Below, one piece after another: positions 51,393-60,750 of a stretch of 64,000 bases of DNA; the first letter of the stretch is position 1; each line of letters begins with the position of its first letter. The stretch comes from Clostridia bacterium. GTDB taxonomy: Bacteria > Bacillota > Clostridia > Christensenellales > UBA1242. The translations under genes and the position numbers were made by a program. Under the pieces are notes generated by a model. That model worked only from the letters and a program-made list of their open reading frames with translations. It was not told where the DNA came from and ran no database searches. Where the stretch lies: positions 151,632 through 215,631 of the forward strand of contig CAAGAD010000005.1 in assembly GCA_900767715.1 (NCBI GenBank). Reading direction: 5' to 3'.

Positions 51393-52183
51393 TTCACCAA
51401 TTTTTCTATGAAAGCGACGAGCAGATACATCAAGGCTGCCATAATGCATAGAATAAGTGTCGCGCTCATAACAAGGTCAAGGTCAAATATTTGCCCGCCA
51501 TATTTGAGCAAGTTGCCAATACCCGCTTTGCACGCCATATATTCGCCCATAATTGTGCCAATCCAACTCAAACCAACATTGATTTTCAGCGTGCTGATGA
51601 TATCGCTTTTGCTTGCTGGCAACACCAATAACCAGAAAATCTGCATTTTGTTCGCGCCGAATGAACGCATCAGTTGAATTTTCGCATTATCTACCGACAT
51701 AAACGCCGTGAGAATGTTTAGGGTGGTGACAATCACCACAACCAAAACGCCCATAGTGACAATCGCTTTTTGCCCAATGCCCATCCAAATGATGATGATT
51801 GGACCGAGCGCGATTTTCGGCAGGCTGTTCAGCACGACGATATATGGTTCAAGCATTTTTCTTATGAAATTGCTCTGCCACAATAGCCCCGCGAATATGA
51901 AGCCCAGCACGGTGGCAATGATGAATGCCAGTACGGTTTCAAATAGCGTCACCCAAATGTTGTAAAAGAGTTCGCCTGACGCGTATAGTTCACCAATTTT
52001 TTTCACAATTCTAAGAGGCGAACTGAAAAAGAATACGTCCAGCGCACCCACATCGGTGAGCAACTGCCACAAGCCCAAAAATAGCAAGAGTAGGGCAATT
52101 CGGCATAGGTGGATTAGAATATTGTGCTTTGTTTGACGGCGCAAATAGAGTTTGTGCTCGTTTGAAAAATCACATTTTTTCAT
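51380..52183 (-). CDS. ABC importer permease (NitT/TauT, SsuC/TauC-like)
   Basis: Six TM segments and a BPD-type EAA-like loop (MRSFGANKMQIFWLLVLPAS). ATG 52183 overlaps the upstream ATPase gene by 14 nt. The track start at 52273 lies inside the ATPase gene. Confidence 0.85.
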   Translation of the reverse strand: MKKCDFSNEHKLYLRRQTKHNILIHLCRIALLLLFLGLWQLLTDVGALDVFFFSSPLRIVKKIGELYASGELFYNIWVTLFETVLAFIIATVLGFIFAGLLWQSNFIRKMLEPYIVVLNSLPKIALGPIIIIWMGIGQKAIVTMGVLVVVIVTTLNILTAFMSVDNAKIQLMRSFGANKMQIFWLLVLPASKSDIISTLKINVGLSWIGTIMGEYMACKAGIGNLLKYGGQIFDLDLVMSATLILCIMAALMYLLVAFIEKLVNKKN

Positions 52184-52937
52184 ATTGTATATCACTCCAA
52201 ATTTCTTCAAACAGTTTGTGGGCTTCGGCTGATTCGCGTCGTTTGAAAGGCGAACCATATTTGCCAAGGTCAACTTTCACTTCCTTGACAATATGCGCCG
52301 GTCTTGGCGACAAAATCAGCACGCGGTCGCTAAAACTTATGGCTTCTTTGATGTCGTGCGTGACGAGAATGACCGTTTTTTTCTCTTTTGACACAATCTC
52401 GTGCACGTCATCGCAAAGCGTCAGTCTTGTTTGATAGTCCAGTGCCGAAAATGGTTCGTCGAGCAAAAGTATTTCAGGTTTTAAGGCGAGAGTTCTAATC
52501 AAGGCAACGCGCTGACGCATACCGCCAGAGAGTTCAGTTGGCTTGTGAGATTTGAAGTCTGCAAGTCCATATTTTTCGAGTAGCGAGTTGGCGTAGGCGA
52601 TGTTTTCAGGCGTCTTTTTCTTTTGAATTTGAAGCCCGAGTAAGACGTTTTCTTCGATGTCGCGCCAATCAAACAAGTTGTCTTTTTGGAACATATAACC
52701 CGTTAGGCAATTTTTGGTGTCGGGATTTTGACCCGCCACCAAAATCTCACCATTGGACGGTTGCAACAATCCCGCAATTAGTGATAGAATTGTGCTTTTG
52801 CCACAACCGCTAGGGCCAACAATGCTGATGAATTCTCGTTCTCCAACATTAAAATTGATGTCTTTAAGTGCTTCGGTTTCACCTTTTTTGCTGTGATAAG
52901 TTAGGCTCAAGTTTGATACAGAAACAAGGTTTTTCAT
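52170..52937 (-). CDS. ABC importer ATP-binding protein (NitT/TauT family)
   Basis: Walker A GPSGCGKST, signature LSGGMRQR, Walker B LLLDEPFSALD, and H-loop VTHD. Confidence 0.9.
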   Translation of the reverse strand: MKNLVSVSNLSLTYHSKKGETEALKDINFNVGEREFISIVGPSGCGKSTILSLIAGLLQPSNGEILVAGQNPDTKNCLTGYMFQKDNLFDWRDIEENVLLGLQIQKKKTPENIAYANSLLEKYGLADFKSHKPTELSGGMRQRVALIRTLALKPEILLLDEPFSALDYQTRLTLCDDVHEIVSKEKKTVILVTHDIKEAISFSDRVLILSPRPAHIVKEVKVDLGKYGSPFKRRESAEAHKLFEEIWSDIQYEKM

Positions 52938-52963
52938 TTCGTTATTCCTTCGTTAATTTTCTA

Positions 52964-53968
52964 TTAATAGCCCATTGCTGTTACATAAGAGCAGTCGATT
53001 GCATTGGCGTAAGGCACGCGTGCTTTGAGTTCGCCCGCAGACTCGATTACGTCTTGCAATTTTGTCCAAGATGTTTCACTGAGTACGAAACTATCTGCGT
53101 ATGCGCCGATTGAGATATAGTTTCTCACCGCGCTTACCAAAATGTCGTCATCAGTAGATTTGAAACTTGGTTTGAGCGCAGCAATCAATTGTGCGTCGGT
53201 AGCAGAAAGCATATAGTCCTGACCCTTTTTGAGTGCGCGAATGAACTTTTCAATCTTTTCTGGGTTCTTCTTCAAATAGTTTTCCATTGAAGCAAAAGCC
53301 GTGAAAGGAATTGTGCCCGAGCCAGTGCTTACGCTTGTTATGATGTGGCAGTTGTTGTTGCGCACCATCATACTTGCGCTTGGCTCAAATGCGGTAACGT
53401 AGTCGCCAGTGCCGGCAAGGAAAGCCGATGTGGTGTTGGCAAAGTCCACAGTCAAGTCCAAAACAGTGTCAACATTTTCTCCAAGGCTCGCACCAGGTTT
53501 AAGACCGGATTGTTTGAGCGCATATTCAAGCGACATTGCAGGCAATCCGGCTTTTCGTCCACCGATAATTGACTTGCCTTTTAGGTTTGCCCAGTTGAAG
53601 TCGGTTTCAGCGCTTCGACCCATCAAGAATGAGCCATCGCAAGCGGTGAGTTGCGCGAATACCTTAGGAATCTTGTTCGCATTGCGGTTGTGAATGTACA
53701 CAACTGCTTCTGGACCAAGCAAGCCGATGTCCGCTTCGTCACTGATGAGCGCGGTCATCACGGCGTCACTGCCGTTGGCAATGTCGAATGTCATATTAAT
53801 GCCTTCATCTTTGAAATAGTCCATATTATATGCGATGTAGAGTGGGGCATAGAATACGCTACGTGTAACTTCGCTGATACGTATTGTATTGTTGTCGTGC
53901 GTGCAGGCAACAGCGAACGTGGAAACAAAAGCCAGCACTGTTGCCAACAAAAATTTTAATTTTTTCAT
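52964..53968 (-). CDS. ABC importer substrate-binding lipoprotein (NMT1/THI5-SsuA-like)
   Basis: Signal peptide MKKLKFLLATVLAFVSTFAVAC (lipobox Cys), SD AAAGGAGAAG, and a periplasmic-binding-type fold adjacent to the NitT/TauT permease and ATPase. The substrate is not inferable. Confidence 0.8.
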   Translation of the reverse strand: MKKLKFLLATVLAFVSTFAVACTHDNNTIRISEVTRSVFYAPLYIAYNMDYFKDEGINMTFDIANGSDAVMTALISDEADIGLLGPEAVVYIHNRNANKIPKVFAQLTACDGSFLMGRSAETDFNWANLKGKSIIGGRKAGLPAMSLEYALKQSGLKPGASLGENVDTVLDLTVDFANTTSAFLAGTGDYVTAFEPSASMMVRNNNCHIITSVSTGSGTIPFTAFASMENYLKKNPEKIEKFIRALKKGQDYMLSATDAQLIAALKPSFKSTDDDILVSAVRNYISIGAYADSFVLSETSWTKLQDVIESAGELKARVPYANAIDCSYVTAMGY

Positions 53969-54040
53969 ACTTCTCCTTTTAAGTACACAATGCATTCTAT
54001 TACTCAATCTTAAAAATTGTGAAAAAGTGCCGTCCACCCT

Positions 54041-54068
54041 TTGACAAAACGCGCTCATTTGTTATAAT
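54041..54068 (+). promoter_or_regulatory. Sigma-A promoter for the 175-aa membrane protein / valS transcription unit
   Basis: TTGACA(54041-54046), 16 nt, TATAAT(54063-54068), 10 nt, ATG(54079). There is no SD and only a very short leader is expected. Confidence 0.5.
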
Positions 54069-54078
54069 AAAACTAATT

Positions 54079-54606
54079 ATGAATTATTCTAAAAAGTATT
54101 TACGTTTCCTATTTGCATTACAACTGGCACTCTTGCCAATGATAATTTTTGGTCATTTGATGTTTGATAAAGTGTTGCCATTACTATTTTTCGTGGGTGT
54201 GATAGTGGCACGTCTGTGGAGTTTGGCTTTTGTCAACAAATTGGACAAGCAAGACACGATTTTGATGTCCATTGCCGACTTTGTCAACATCACTTTTTGC
54301 GCCATTTACATCGTGGTTGTCAAAGATTTCAGTTTGGCATTCAGCCTTGTGGTAATGCTCTTGAATGTGGCACTTTTGGTGCTTCAAATCTTGCAGTTTA
54401 ACAAGCCTCGCACCGACTTTTTGATTGCAATGGAGTTTAGTTTCAAATTCTTTGCATACGGCGCGTTGTTGCTTGCATTTATTCCAGCAGACTTGACATT
54501 TTGGGCAAAAGCGAGTATGCTGTCAGCAAGCATAGTAGGTGTGGTAGCACTTGGTTTCAAGTTGTACTATTACTTGCGTGAGAAAACTGGTAAAAAGAAA
54601 TATTAA
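54079..54606 (+). CDS. Hypothetical polytopic membrane protein (175 aa)
   Basis: Five to six hydrophobic segments. No family recognised. Confidence 0.55.
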   Translation: MNYSKKYLRFLFALQLALLPMIIFGHLMFDKVLPLLFFVGVIVARLWSLAFVNKLDKQDTILMSIADFVNITFCAIYIVVVKDFSLAFSLVVMLLNVALLVLQILQFNKPRTDFLIAMEFSFKFFAYGALLLAFIPADLTFWAKASMLSASIVGVVALGFKLYYYLREKTGKKKY

Positions 54607-54619
54607 TAAGGGGTAAAAT

Positions 54620-54853
54620 ATGAGTACATTATTGGGAGTAACATTAGTAGAGTTTTTGCAAAGACCAAACGTCTTGGTCGCTATTTTCTTGGCTGTCGTG
54701 GGCATCACTTTGGCGATTTTGTCGCGCAGAATTGCGAGAGCCGTGCGCAAAACGAAAGACATTCCCGACAACGACGGACTTTTAGTTGGTTTGAAGATAA
54801 CTGGACTAGTTATGATAATGATTGGTTTAATTCTAATGATTATTCCATTTTAG
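54620..54853 (+). CDS. Hypothetical small membrane protein (77 aa)
   Basis: Two TM segments flanking the basic loop SRRIARAVRKTKD. SD AAGGGG. Confidence 0.5.
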   Translation: MSTLLGVTLVEFLQRPNVLVAIFLAVVGITLAILSRRIARAVRKTKDIPDNDGLLVGLKITGLVMIMIGLILMIIPF

Positions 54854-54863
54854 GAGATTTTAA

Positions 54864-57449
54864 ATGCTAGATAAGACTTTCGATCCCGCTTCATTCGAGC
54901 GGGATATTTATAACAATTGGCTAGATAAAGGCTATTTCAAGGCAAAAGTAGATAAAACCAAGAAGCCTTTTTGCATTATTATGCCACCACCAAACATCAC
55001 ATCACGCTTGCACATAGGACACGCGTTTAATGGCACGCTTGAAGACACGCTCATTCGTTACAAGAAGATGTGCGGTTACGAAACACTTTTGCAACCGGGC
55101 ACTGACCACGCAGCCATTGCTACCGAGTCAAAAATTGTGACCGAACTTGCCAACCAAGGAATTGCCAAGGAAGACATTGGACGCAAAGAGTTCTTGAATG
55201 TGGCGCAGAAGTGGTATGACAAATACAACGCAATCATTCTCGACCAATTCAAATGTATGGGTCTGGCTTGCGACTGGGACAGATTGGCGTTCACAATGGA
55301 CGACCATTGTTCTTTGGCGGTGCGCACTGTGTTTGTCAAGATGTACAACGAAGGTCTTATCTACAAGGGCGACCGTATGACCAACTGGTGTCCACATTGT
55401 ATGACCGCATTGAGCGACATCGAAGTAGAGCACGAAGATAGCGAGAGCCGTTTGTGGTACATAAAATATAAGATTGCGGGCAGTGACAACTATGTCGAGA
55501 TTGCCACCACGCGCCCAGAGACGCTTATCGGCGACACAGCCGTGGCAGTCAATCCAAAGGATAAACGCTATACAAACATTGTAGGCAAACAAGTCGAACT
55601 TCCACTTTGCAACCGCACAATTCCAGTCGTTGCAGATATGATGGTGGAAACAGAGTTCGGCACAGGCGTGGTGAAAATCACCCCAGCGCACGACCCTAAC
55701 GACTATGAATGCGCGCAAAGACACAATTTGCCAATCATTCAAGTGATTGAGCGTAACGGCAAGATGAGTGCCAACGCGGGCAAGTATGCCGGAATGGACA
55801 GATTTGAAGCGCGTAAAGAAATTATCAAAGACCTAAAAGACGCGGGCTATCTAATCAAGGAAGAAAAATATCGCAACAGCGTAGGTCACTGCTGTCGTTG
55901 TGACACAATCGTTGAACCAGCCTTCACAAAGCAGTGGTTCGTCAAGATGAAAGACCTTGCACAACCAGCCATCGACTGCGTAAAGTCGGGCGAATTGCAG
56001 ATTTACCCAACTCGTATGAAAAAGGTCTATCTCAACTGGATGGAGAATATACACGATTGGTGTATCAGCCGTCAACTTTGGAGCGGACACCAAATCCCAG
56101 TTTACACTTGTGACCATTGTCATCACGAGTGGGCGAGCATAGATAAGCCAACCGAATGCCCACACTGTCATAGCCAAGAGTTTACGCAAGAGAACGACGT
56201 TTTGGACACTTGGTTCAGTTCGGCTCTGTGGCCAATGAGCACGCTCGGTTTCCCAGATCAGCACGAATATTTGGACTATTTCTACCCAACCGACGTAATG
56301 ATTACCGGTTACGACATCATCTTCCACTGGGTAGCACGTATGGTGTTCAGTGGCATTCACAATATGGGCAAAATTCCTTTCAAAAAGGTTTTCTTGAACG
56401 GTCTTGTTCGTGACGGACAAGGTCGCAAAATGAGTAAAAACCTTGGCAACGGCATTGACCCGGTTGACGTCATCAACCAATACGGCACTGACGCATTGCG
56501 TTTCTCGCTCGTATATAACGTAACATTGGGCTCAGACAGCCGTTATTCAATGAAAAACGCCGAAAATGCCTCAATTTTCTTCAACAAACTCTACAACGCG
56601 GGAAAATATGTGTTGTTGAACATTAACGGCGCAAAAGACCTAAAAGACGCCAAATTAAACCTATTTGATAAATGGATTTTAAACGAACTTAACGACACGG
56701 TTAGCCAAGTTCATAAACGCCTTGATAAACTCGACATCGGCGCATACACAACCATTATGTATGACTTTGTTTGGTCGAAGTTCTGCGACAAATACATTGA
56801 ACTCAACAAGGTTGAGCCTAACCCAAGCGTACTTTTGTACGTTTACGACGCAATACTCAAACTATTGCACCCAATCGCACCATTCATCACCGAGAAAATC
56901 TACCAAGAATTGCCAAACCACAAGGAAAGCATTTTGCTAGACAGTTTCCCAACCGTCCACAAAATTGCTTACACCAAGGACGAACAAAAATTGTGTGAAG
57001 ATATTTTTGAAATCGTCAAAATCATTCGTGGCACTCGCGGTGAAAACAAGATAGGCGAGAACATCAAGGTAGATATGGCAGTAGATTTCAAAGATAACGC
57101 CATCATCAAAGACTACGAACAATATTTCAAGCGTTTGTGCCTAATCAATGAAATCAGTTACGCAACCCCAGCGTCAACGAAAGAGTACTTTGCCAAGTCA
57201 CTCGTTCAAGGCTCGCTCTACATCAAGAACCCTAACTATAAGGGCGTGGACGCATTACGTACACAATATCTTGACAAAATTAAATTCTATCAAGCCGAAA
57301 TTGACCGTTCAAATCGAATGCTGAACAACGCTGGTTTCCTTGCAAAAGCGCCAGAAAGTTTGGTCAGCGCCGAACGTGAAAAATTGGCTAAAAATATGGA
57401 ACTAAAACGCCAACAAGAAGAACTTTTGGAGAAGTTGAATAATGAATAA
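54864..57449 (+). CDS. valS: Valine--tRNA ligase
   Basis: HIGH region PPNITSRLHIGHA, KMSKS region KMSKNLGN, CP1 editing domain, and a C-terminal coiled coil. Confidence 0.95.
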   Translation: MLDKTFDPASFERDIYNNWLDKGYFKAKVDKTKKPFCIIMPPPNITSRLHIGHAFNGTLEDTLIRYKKMCGYETLLQPGTDHAAIATESKIVTELANQGIAKEDIGRKEFLNVAQKWYDKYNAIILDQFKCMGLACDWDRLAFTMDDHCSLAVRTVFVKMYNEGLIYKGDRMTNWCPHCMTALSDIEVEHEDSESRLWYIKYKIAGSDNYVEIATTRPETLIGDTAVAVNPKDKRYTNIVGKQVELPLCNRTIPVVADMMVETEFGTGVVKITPAHDPNDYECAQRHNLPIIQVIERNGKMSANAGKYAGMDRFEARKEIIKDLKDAGYLIKEEKYRNSVGHCCRCDTIVEPAFTKQWFVKMKDLAQPAIDCVKSGELQIYPTRMKKVYLNWMENIHDWCISRQLWSGHQIPVYTCDHCHHEWASIDKPTECPHCHSQEFTQENDVLDTWFSSALWPMSTLGFPDQHEYLDYFYPTDVMITGYDIIFHWVARMVFSGIHNMGKIPFKKVFLNGLVRDGQGRKMSKNLGNGIDPVDVINQYGTDALRFSLVYNVTLGSDSRYSMKNAENASIFFNKLYNAGKYVLLNINGAKDLKDAKLNLFDKWILNELNDTVSQVHKRLDKLDIGAYTTIMYDFVWSKFCDKYIELNKVEPNPSVLLYVYDAILKLLHPIAPFITEKIYQELPNHKESILLDSFPTVHKIAYTKDEQKLCEDIFEIVKIIRGTRGENKIGENIKVDMAVDFKDNAIIKDYEQYFKRLCLINEISYATPASTKEYFAKSLVQGSLYIKNPNYKGVDALRTQYLDKIKFYQAEIDRSNRMLNNAGFLAKAPESLVSAEREKLAKNMELKRQQEELLEKLNNE

Positions 57450-57852
57450 AATTATGGGCATAGATTATGGTGATGCGCGTATTGGCGTCGCATTCAGCGA
57501 TTGGCTACACGTCATCGCCAATGCTTATGAAGTTTATCACAGACAAGATATGGACACCGACATGACACACTTCGCCGACCTAATCAAAGAGAATTCGGTC
57601 AACCATATCGTCATAGGTTTGCCACTCAATATGCGTGGCGAAGAACAAGAAATCGCCTCCAAGACGCGAGCATTCGCCACCGCACTCAAAGAAAAATTTA
57701 ATCTTCCCATAACTTTCATCGACGAACGCTTGACATCTAGCGAAGCGGAAGATATGCTTAAATCAGCAGGTTATGGCTGGCAAGAGCGCAAGCAAATGTT
57801 GGACGCCGTCAGTGCTCAAATCATTTTGCAAACTTATTTAGATAGGTTATAA
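57442..57852 (+). CDS. ruvX: Putative pre-16S rRNA nuclease / Holliday junction resolvase-like RuvX (YqgF)
   Basis: IMGIDYGDARIGVAFSD and DERLTS motifs. 136 aa. Confidence 0.9.
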   Translation: MNKIMGIDYGDARIGVAFSDWLHVIANAYEVYHRQDMDTDMTHFADLIKENSVNHIVIGLPLNMRGEEQEIASKTRAFATALKEKFNLPITFIDERLTSSEAEDMLKSAGYGWQERKQMLDAVSAQIILQTYLDRL

Positions 57853-57861
57853 GGAGTGTAT

Positions 57862-58158
57862 ATGCAAAAAGTTTCACCGATTGAACAAATTCTCGACCCG
57901 AACAACAGCGACAATGTGGTTCTTTACAACGAGAATGGCAAGCCAATGGAGTTTAGCCAGATTTGTGTGCTGACCTTGAAAGACAAGCCTTATTGCATCC
58001 TCAAACCTACCGCCAAACTCAAAAATATCGCCGATGACCAAGCCATCGCGTTCGCCATCGACTTTGACAATGACATCATACAAGCCGTCGCCGACGCGCA
58101 TATGGTGGACGAAATCTTTAAGGCATATGAAAAACTCTATTATGAATCACAAGACTAA
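57862..58158 (+). CDS. DUF1292 (YrzB-like) protein
   Basis: The VVLYNENGKPMEFSQICVL...KPYCILKP pattern follows ruvX, as in the B. subtilis yrrK-yrzB arrangement. ATG 57862 has SD AAGGAG. The track start at 57856 is GTG. Confidence 0.75.
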   Translation: MQKVSPIEQILDPNNSDNVVLYNENGKPMEFSQICVLTLKDKPYCILKPTAKLKNIADDQAIAFAIDFDNDIIQAVADAHMVDEIFKAYEKLYYESQD

Positions 58159-58179
58159 AAGGGCACACACCCTTTTTTT
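58158..58179 (+). terminator. Terminator after the DUF1292 gene
   Basis: AAAGGG-cacaca-CCCTTT hairpin plus a T-run. Confidence 0.6.
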
Positions 58180-58288
58180 ATGCAATGAGTAATACATACT
58201 ACCTATACGACTGGGCACGCATTACGACCAAGTTGTATAACAAAGCATTATAAGTGTAATCTGGCAAAACAACAATGAAAAATACACT

Positions 58289-58330
58289 AAACTCAATTTA
58301 GTTCACAATCGCAACTAAATTGAGTTTTTT
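58289..58330 (+). terminator. Strong orphan hairpin terminator
   Basis: Perfect 15-bp stem AAACTCAATTTAGTT-cacaatcgc-AACTAAATTGAGTTT followed by TTTTTT. No annotated gene ends here. Confidence 0.65.
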
Positions 58331-58344
58331 CTTTAAAAATTCGT

Positions 58345-58372
58345 TTGACATTCAACAATTTATTCGTATACT
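58345..58372 (+). promoter_or_regulatory. Candidate marR-operon promoter overlapping the first palindromic operator
   Basis: TTGACA(58345-58350), 16 nt, TATACT(58367-58372). The -10 sits at the centre of ATTCGTA-TACT-TACGAAT. Confidence 0.45.
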
Positions 58373-58477
58373 TACGAATGAATTGTTGTCAAACTTGATT
58401 TATTCGTATACTTACGAATGAATTGTTGTCAAACTTGATTTATTCGTATACTTACGAATGAATTGTTGTCAAACTTG
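58358..58477. repeat. Three tandem copies of a 40-bp unit, each containing a perfect 7-4-7 palindrome
   Basis: The unit TATTCGTATACTTACGAATGAATTGTTGTCAAACTTGATT occurs at 58361, 58401 and 58441. The third copy diverges after 37 nt. The palindrome is ATTCGTA-tact-TACGAAT. The minus strand of each unit reads TTGACA-16 nt-TATACG. Confidence 0.95.
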
Positions 58478-58570
58478 CAATTTATTCATTGGATTATAAG
58501 TATATTGCTTTCAGTTTTGCAATTTAGACTTTCAAACACAAATTGACAACATCTACACAAAGGATAAACT

Positions 58571-59035
58571 ATGGAAAAACATGATATTGGGGCTGAGATA
58601 AGGCTTTTGAACCTTATATTGTCGCGCCGTGTACATAACACGCCGATACTGTCATATTTGGAAACAATTACGGGCACGAACGCATATATTATCGGGTATT
58701 TGGTAGATAATAAAGACAAAGAAATTTACCAAAAAGATATTGAAAACGAGTTCGGCATAACGCGTTCAACCGCTTCAAAAGTGCTGAAACTTATGGAGCA
58801 AAAAGGCTTAATTGAAAGGCAGTCAGTTGACCTTGACCGCCGACTCAAAAAGGTGGTTGCCACGCCGAAGAGCGAAGAAATGAGCAAGCAAATTGAGAAG
58901 GAAATTCGCGACCTAAATCTTACACTCACGCGCGGAATCAGTAAAAAAGATTTAGACACGTTTAAAAGTGTAGCAGAGCAAATGCGTGCCAACTTAAAGG
59001 AGAGTTTATGTTCAAAAAATTGTCCAAAAGCGTAA
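58571..59035 (+). CDS. MarR family transcriptional regulator
   Basis: Winged-helix region QKDIENEFGITRSTASKVLKLMEQKGLIERQSVDLDRRLKKVVATPK. First gene of the operon with two ABC exporter genes. Confidence 0.85.
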   Translation: MEKHDIGAEIRLLNLILSRRVHNTPILSYLETITGTNAYIIGYLVDNKDKEIYQKDIENEFGITRSTASKVLKLMEQKGLIERQSVDLDRRLKKVVATPKSEEMSKQIEKEIRDLNLTLTRGISKKDLDTFKSVAEQMRANLKESLCSKNCPKA

Positions 59036-60750
59036 GGGAATACAAGCGTCCCGCACTTTTAACACCGCTTATGGTCATTTTGGAAGTAGGCGTGGAGATT
59101 ATCATTCCACTGCTTATGGCAGGACTTATCGACAAGGGCATTGACAAGGGCAATATGTCCGTCGTGACGAAATACGGCATTGTGTTACTAATTGTTGCGC
59201 TTGTGGGTCTTTTGCTCGGCTATTTGGCGGGCTGTTTTTCGGCGAAGGCAAGTTGCGGGTTTGCGAGAAACTTGCGTAAAGATATGTTCTACAATATTCA
59301 AACATTCAGTTTCAGCAATATCGATTCATTCTCGATTTCCAGCCTAATCACGCGCCTTACCACTGACGTAACCAACGTGCAAATGGCATTTCAGATGATA
59401 ATTCGTATGGCAATCCGCGCACCAATAATGCTCATTTTCAGTTTGACCGTGTGCTTCAACATCAGCGCCAAACTGTCACTAATCTATCTCGCTTGTATGC
59501 CGGTGATGATTATCGGTCTGCTCATCATTATGCGTCACGCACACCCAATCTTCAACCGCGTGTTCAAGAAGTACGACCGACTCAACAATGTCGTGCAAGA
59601 GAATGTCAAAGGTATTCGTGTGGTCAAGTCGTTCAATCAAGAAGAATACGAAAAGACCAAATTCAAAACAATATCTAACGATGTGTGCACCGACTTTTCC
59701 AAGGCAGAGAAGACGCTCGCGTGGAATATGCCACTCGTGCAGTTCTGTATGTATGCTTGTATGTTACTCATCTCGTGGTTTGGCGCGCGCCTAATCGTTT
59801 CGTCTGGTCAGACGGCACTCACGACGGGCGAGTTGTTGAGCCTTTTCACATACACCATTCAAATTTTGTCCAGCCTAATGATGCTGTCAATGGTGCTGGT
59901 GATGATTACGATGAGCAAGGCGAGCGCCAAGCGTATTGTCGAAGTGCTCGATACCAAGAGCGACATCACCAATCCAGCCAGACCGGTTACCAGCGTCAAA
60001 GACGGCAGTGTCGAGTTTGACAACGTTGACTTTGTCTATGCACGCAATGCGGACAAAAAATGCCTTGATGACGTTAATCTCAAAATCCGCTCGGGCGAAA
60101 CGGTGGGCATTTTGGGTGCAACTGGCTCATCAAAAACTACGCTCGTTCAACTAATTCCGCGCCTTTATGATACCACATCTGGCACGGTCAAAGTAGGTGG
60201 GGTGGACGTAAAAGATTACGACCTTGTATCGCTCCGCGATAGCGTGTCAATGGTCTTGCAAAAGAACGAACTTTTCAGCGGTTCAATCAAAGATAATCTC
60301 CGTTGGGGTAACGAAGAAGCCACCGATGAGCAAATTGTCAAGGCGTGTCAACTCGCGCAAGCCGACAGTTTTATCGAAACATTCCCAGACAAATATGATA
60401 CTCACATCGAACAGGGTGGAGCGAACGTGTCTGGCGGACAAAAACAGCGCTTGTGCATTGCGCGTGCGCTTCTCAAGAACCCAAAAATTCTAATCTTGGA
60501 CGACTCGACCAGCGCCGTTGACACCAAGACGGACGCACTCATTCGCCAAGCATTTATACACAACATTCCGGACACAACCAAGATAATCATTGCGCAACGC
60601 GTTTCGTCAGTTATGGACGCGGACAAAATCGTTGTTTTGGACGACGGCAAAATCGTGGCTTGTGGCAAGCACGATGAATTGATGAAGTCTTGTGACATTT
60701 ACCGCGAAGTTTACGAATCTCAACAAAAGGCAGGTGCAATCAATGGCTAA
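59008..60750 (+). CDS. ABC exporter permease/ATPase subunit with non-canonical nucleotide site (heterodimer partner 1)
   Basis: Six-TM type I exporter domain plus an NBD. Walker A is GATGSSKTT, the signature is VSGGQKQR, and Walker B is ILILDDSTSAVD (Asp replaces the catalytic Glu). Confidence 0.9.
   Translation: MFKKLSKSVREYKRPALLTPLMVILEVGVEIIIPLLMAGLIDKGIDKGNMSVVTKYGIVLLIVALVGLLLGYLAGCFSAKASCGFARNLRKDMFYNIQTFSFSNIDSFSISSLITRLTTDVTNVQMAFQMIIRMAIRAPIMLIFSLTVCFNISAKLSLIYLACMPVMIIGLLIIMRHAHPIFNRVFKKYDRLNNVVQENVKGIRVVKSFNQEEYEKTKFKTISNDVCTDFSKAEKTLAWNMPLVQFCMYACMLLISWFGARLIVSSGQTALTTGELLSLFTYTIQILSSLMMLSMVLVMITMSKASAKRIVEVLDTKSDITNPARPVTSVKDGSVEFDNVDFVYARNADKKCLDDVNLKIRSGETVGILGATGSSKTTLVQLIPRLYDTTSGTVKVGGVDVKDYDLVSLRDSVSMVLQKNELFSGSIKDNLRWGNEEATDEQIVKACQLAQADSFIETFPDKYDTHIEQGGANVSGGQKQRLCIARALLKNPKILILDDSTSAVDTKTDALIRQAFIHNIPDTTKIIIAQRVSSVMDADKIVVLDDGKIVACGKHDELMKSCDIYREVYESQQKAGAING

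Noticed and set aside
53969-54078. T-box or THI riboswitch upstream of the ABC importer or of the valS unit
   Set aside because: AAAGGGTGGACGGCAC on the minus strand superficially resembles the T-box GGGTGGTACCGCG core. However, the region is only about 110 nt, lacks specifier or terminator helices and a CTGAGA THI-box, and contains ordinary promoters for both divergent units. valS has no leader long enough for a T-box.
55128-56480. 204-aa and 209-aa minus-strand ORFs
   Set aside because: They are antisense shadow ORFs inside valS, whose HIGH and KMSKS motifs are in the plus frame.
58358-58477. Possible CRISPR array (regular 40-bp periodicity)
   Set aside because: The repeats are directly contiguous with no unique spacers, there are only three copies, and no cas genes are nearby. 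The internal palindrome plus -35/-10 elements next to a marR gene fit operator/promoter duplication instead.
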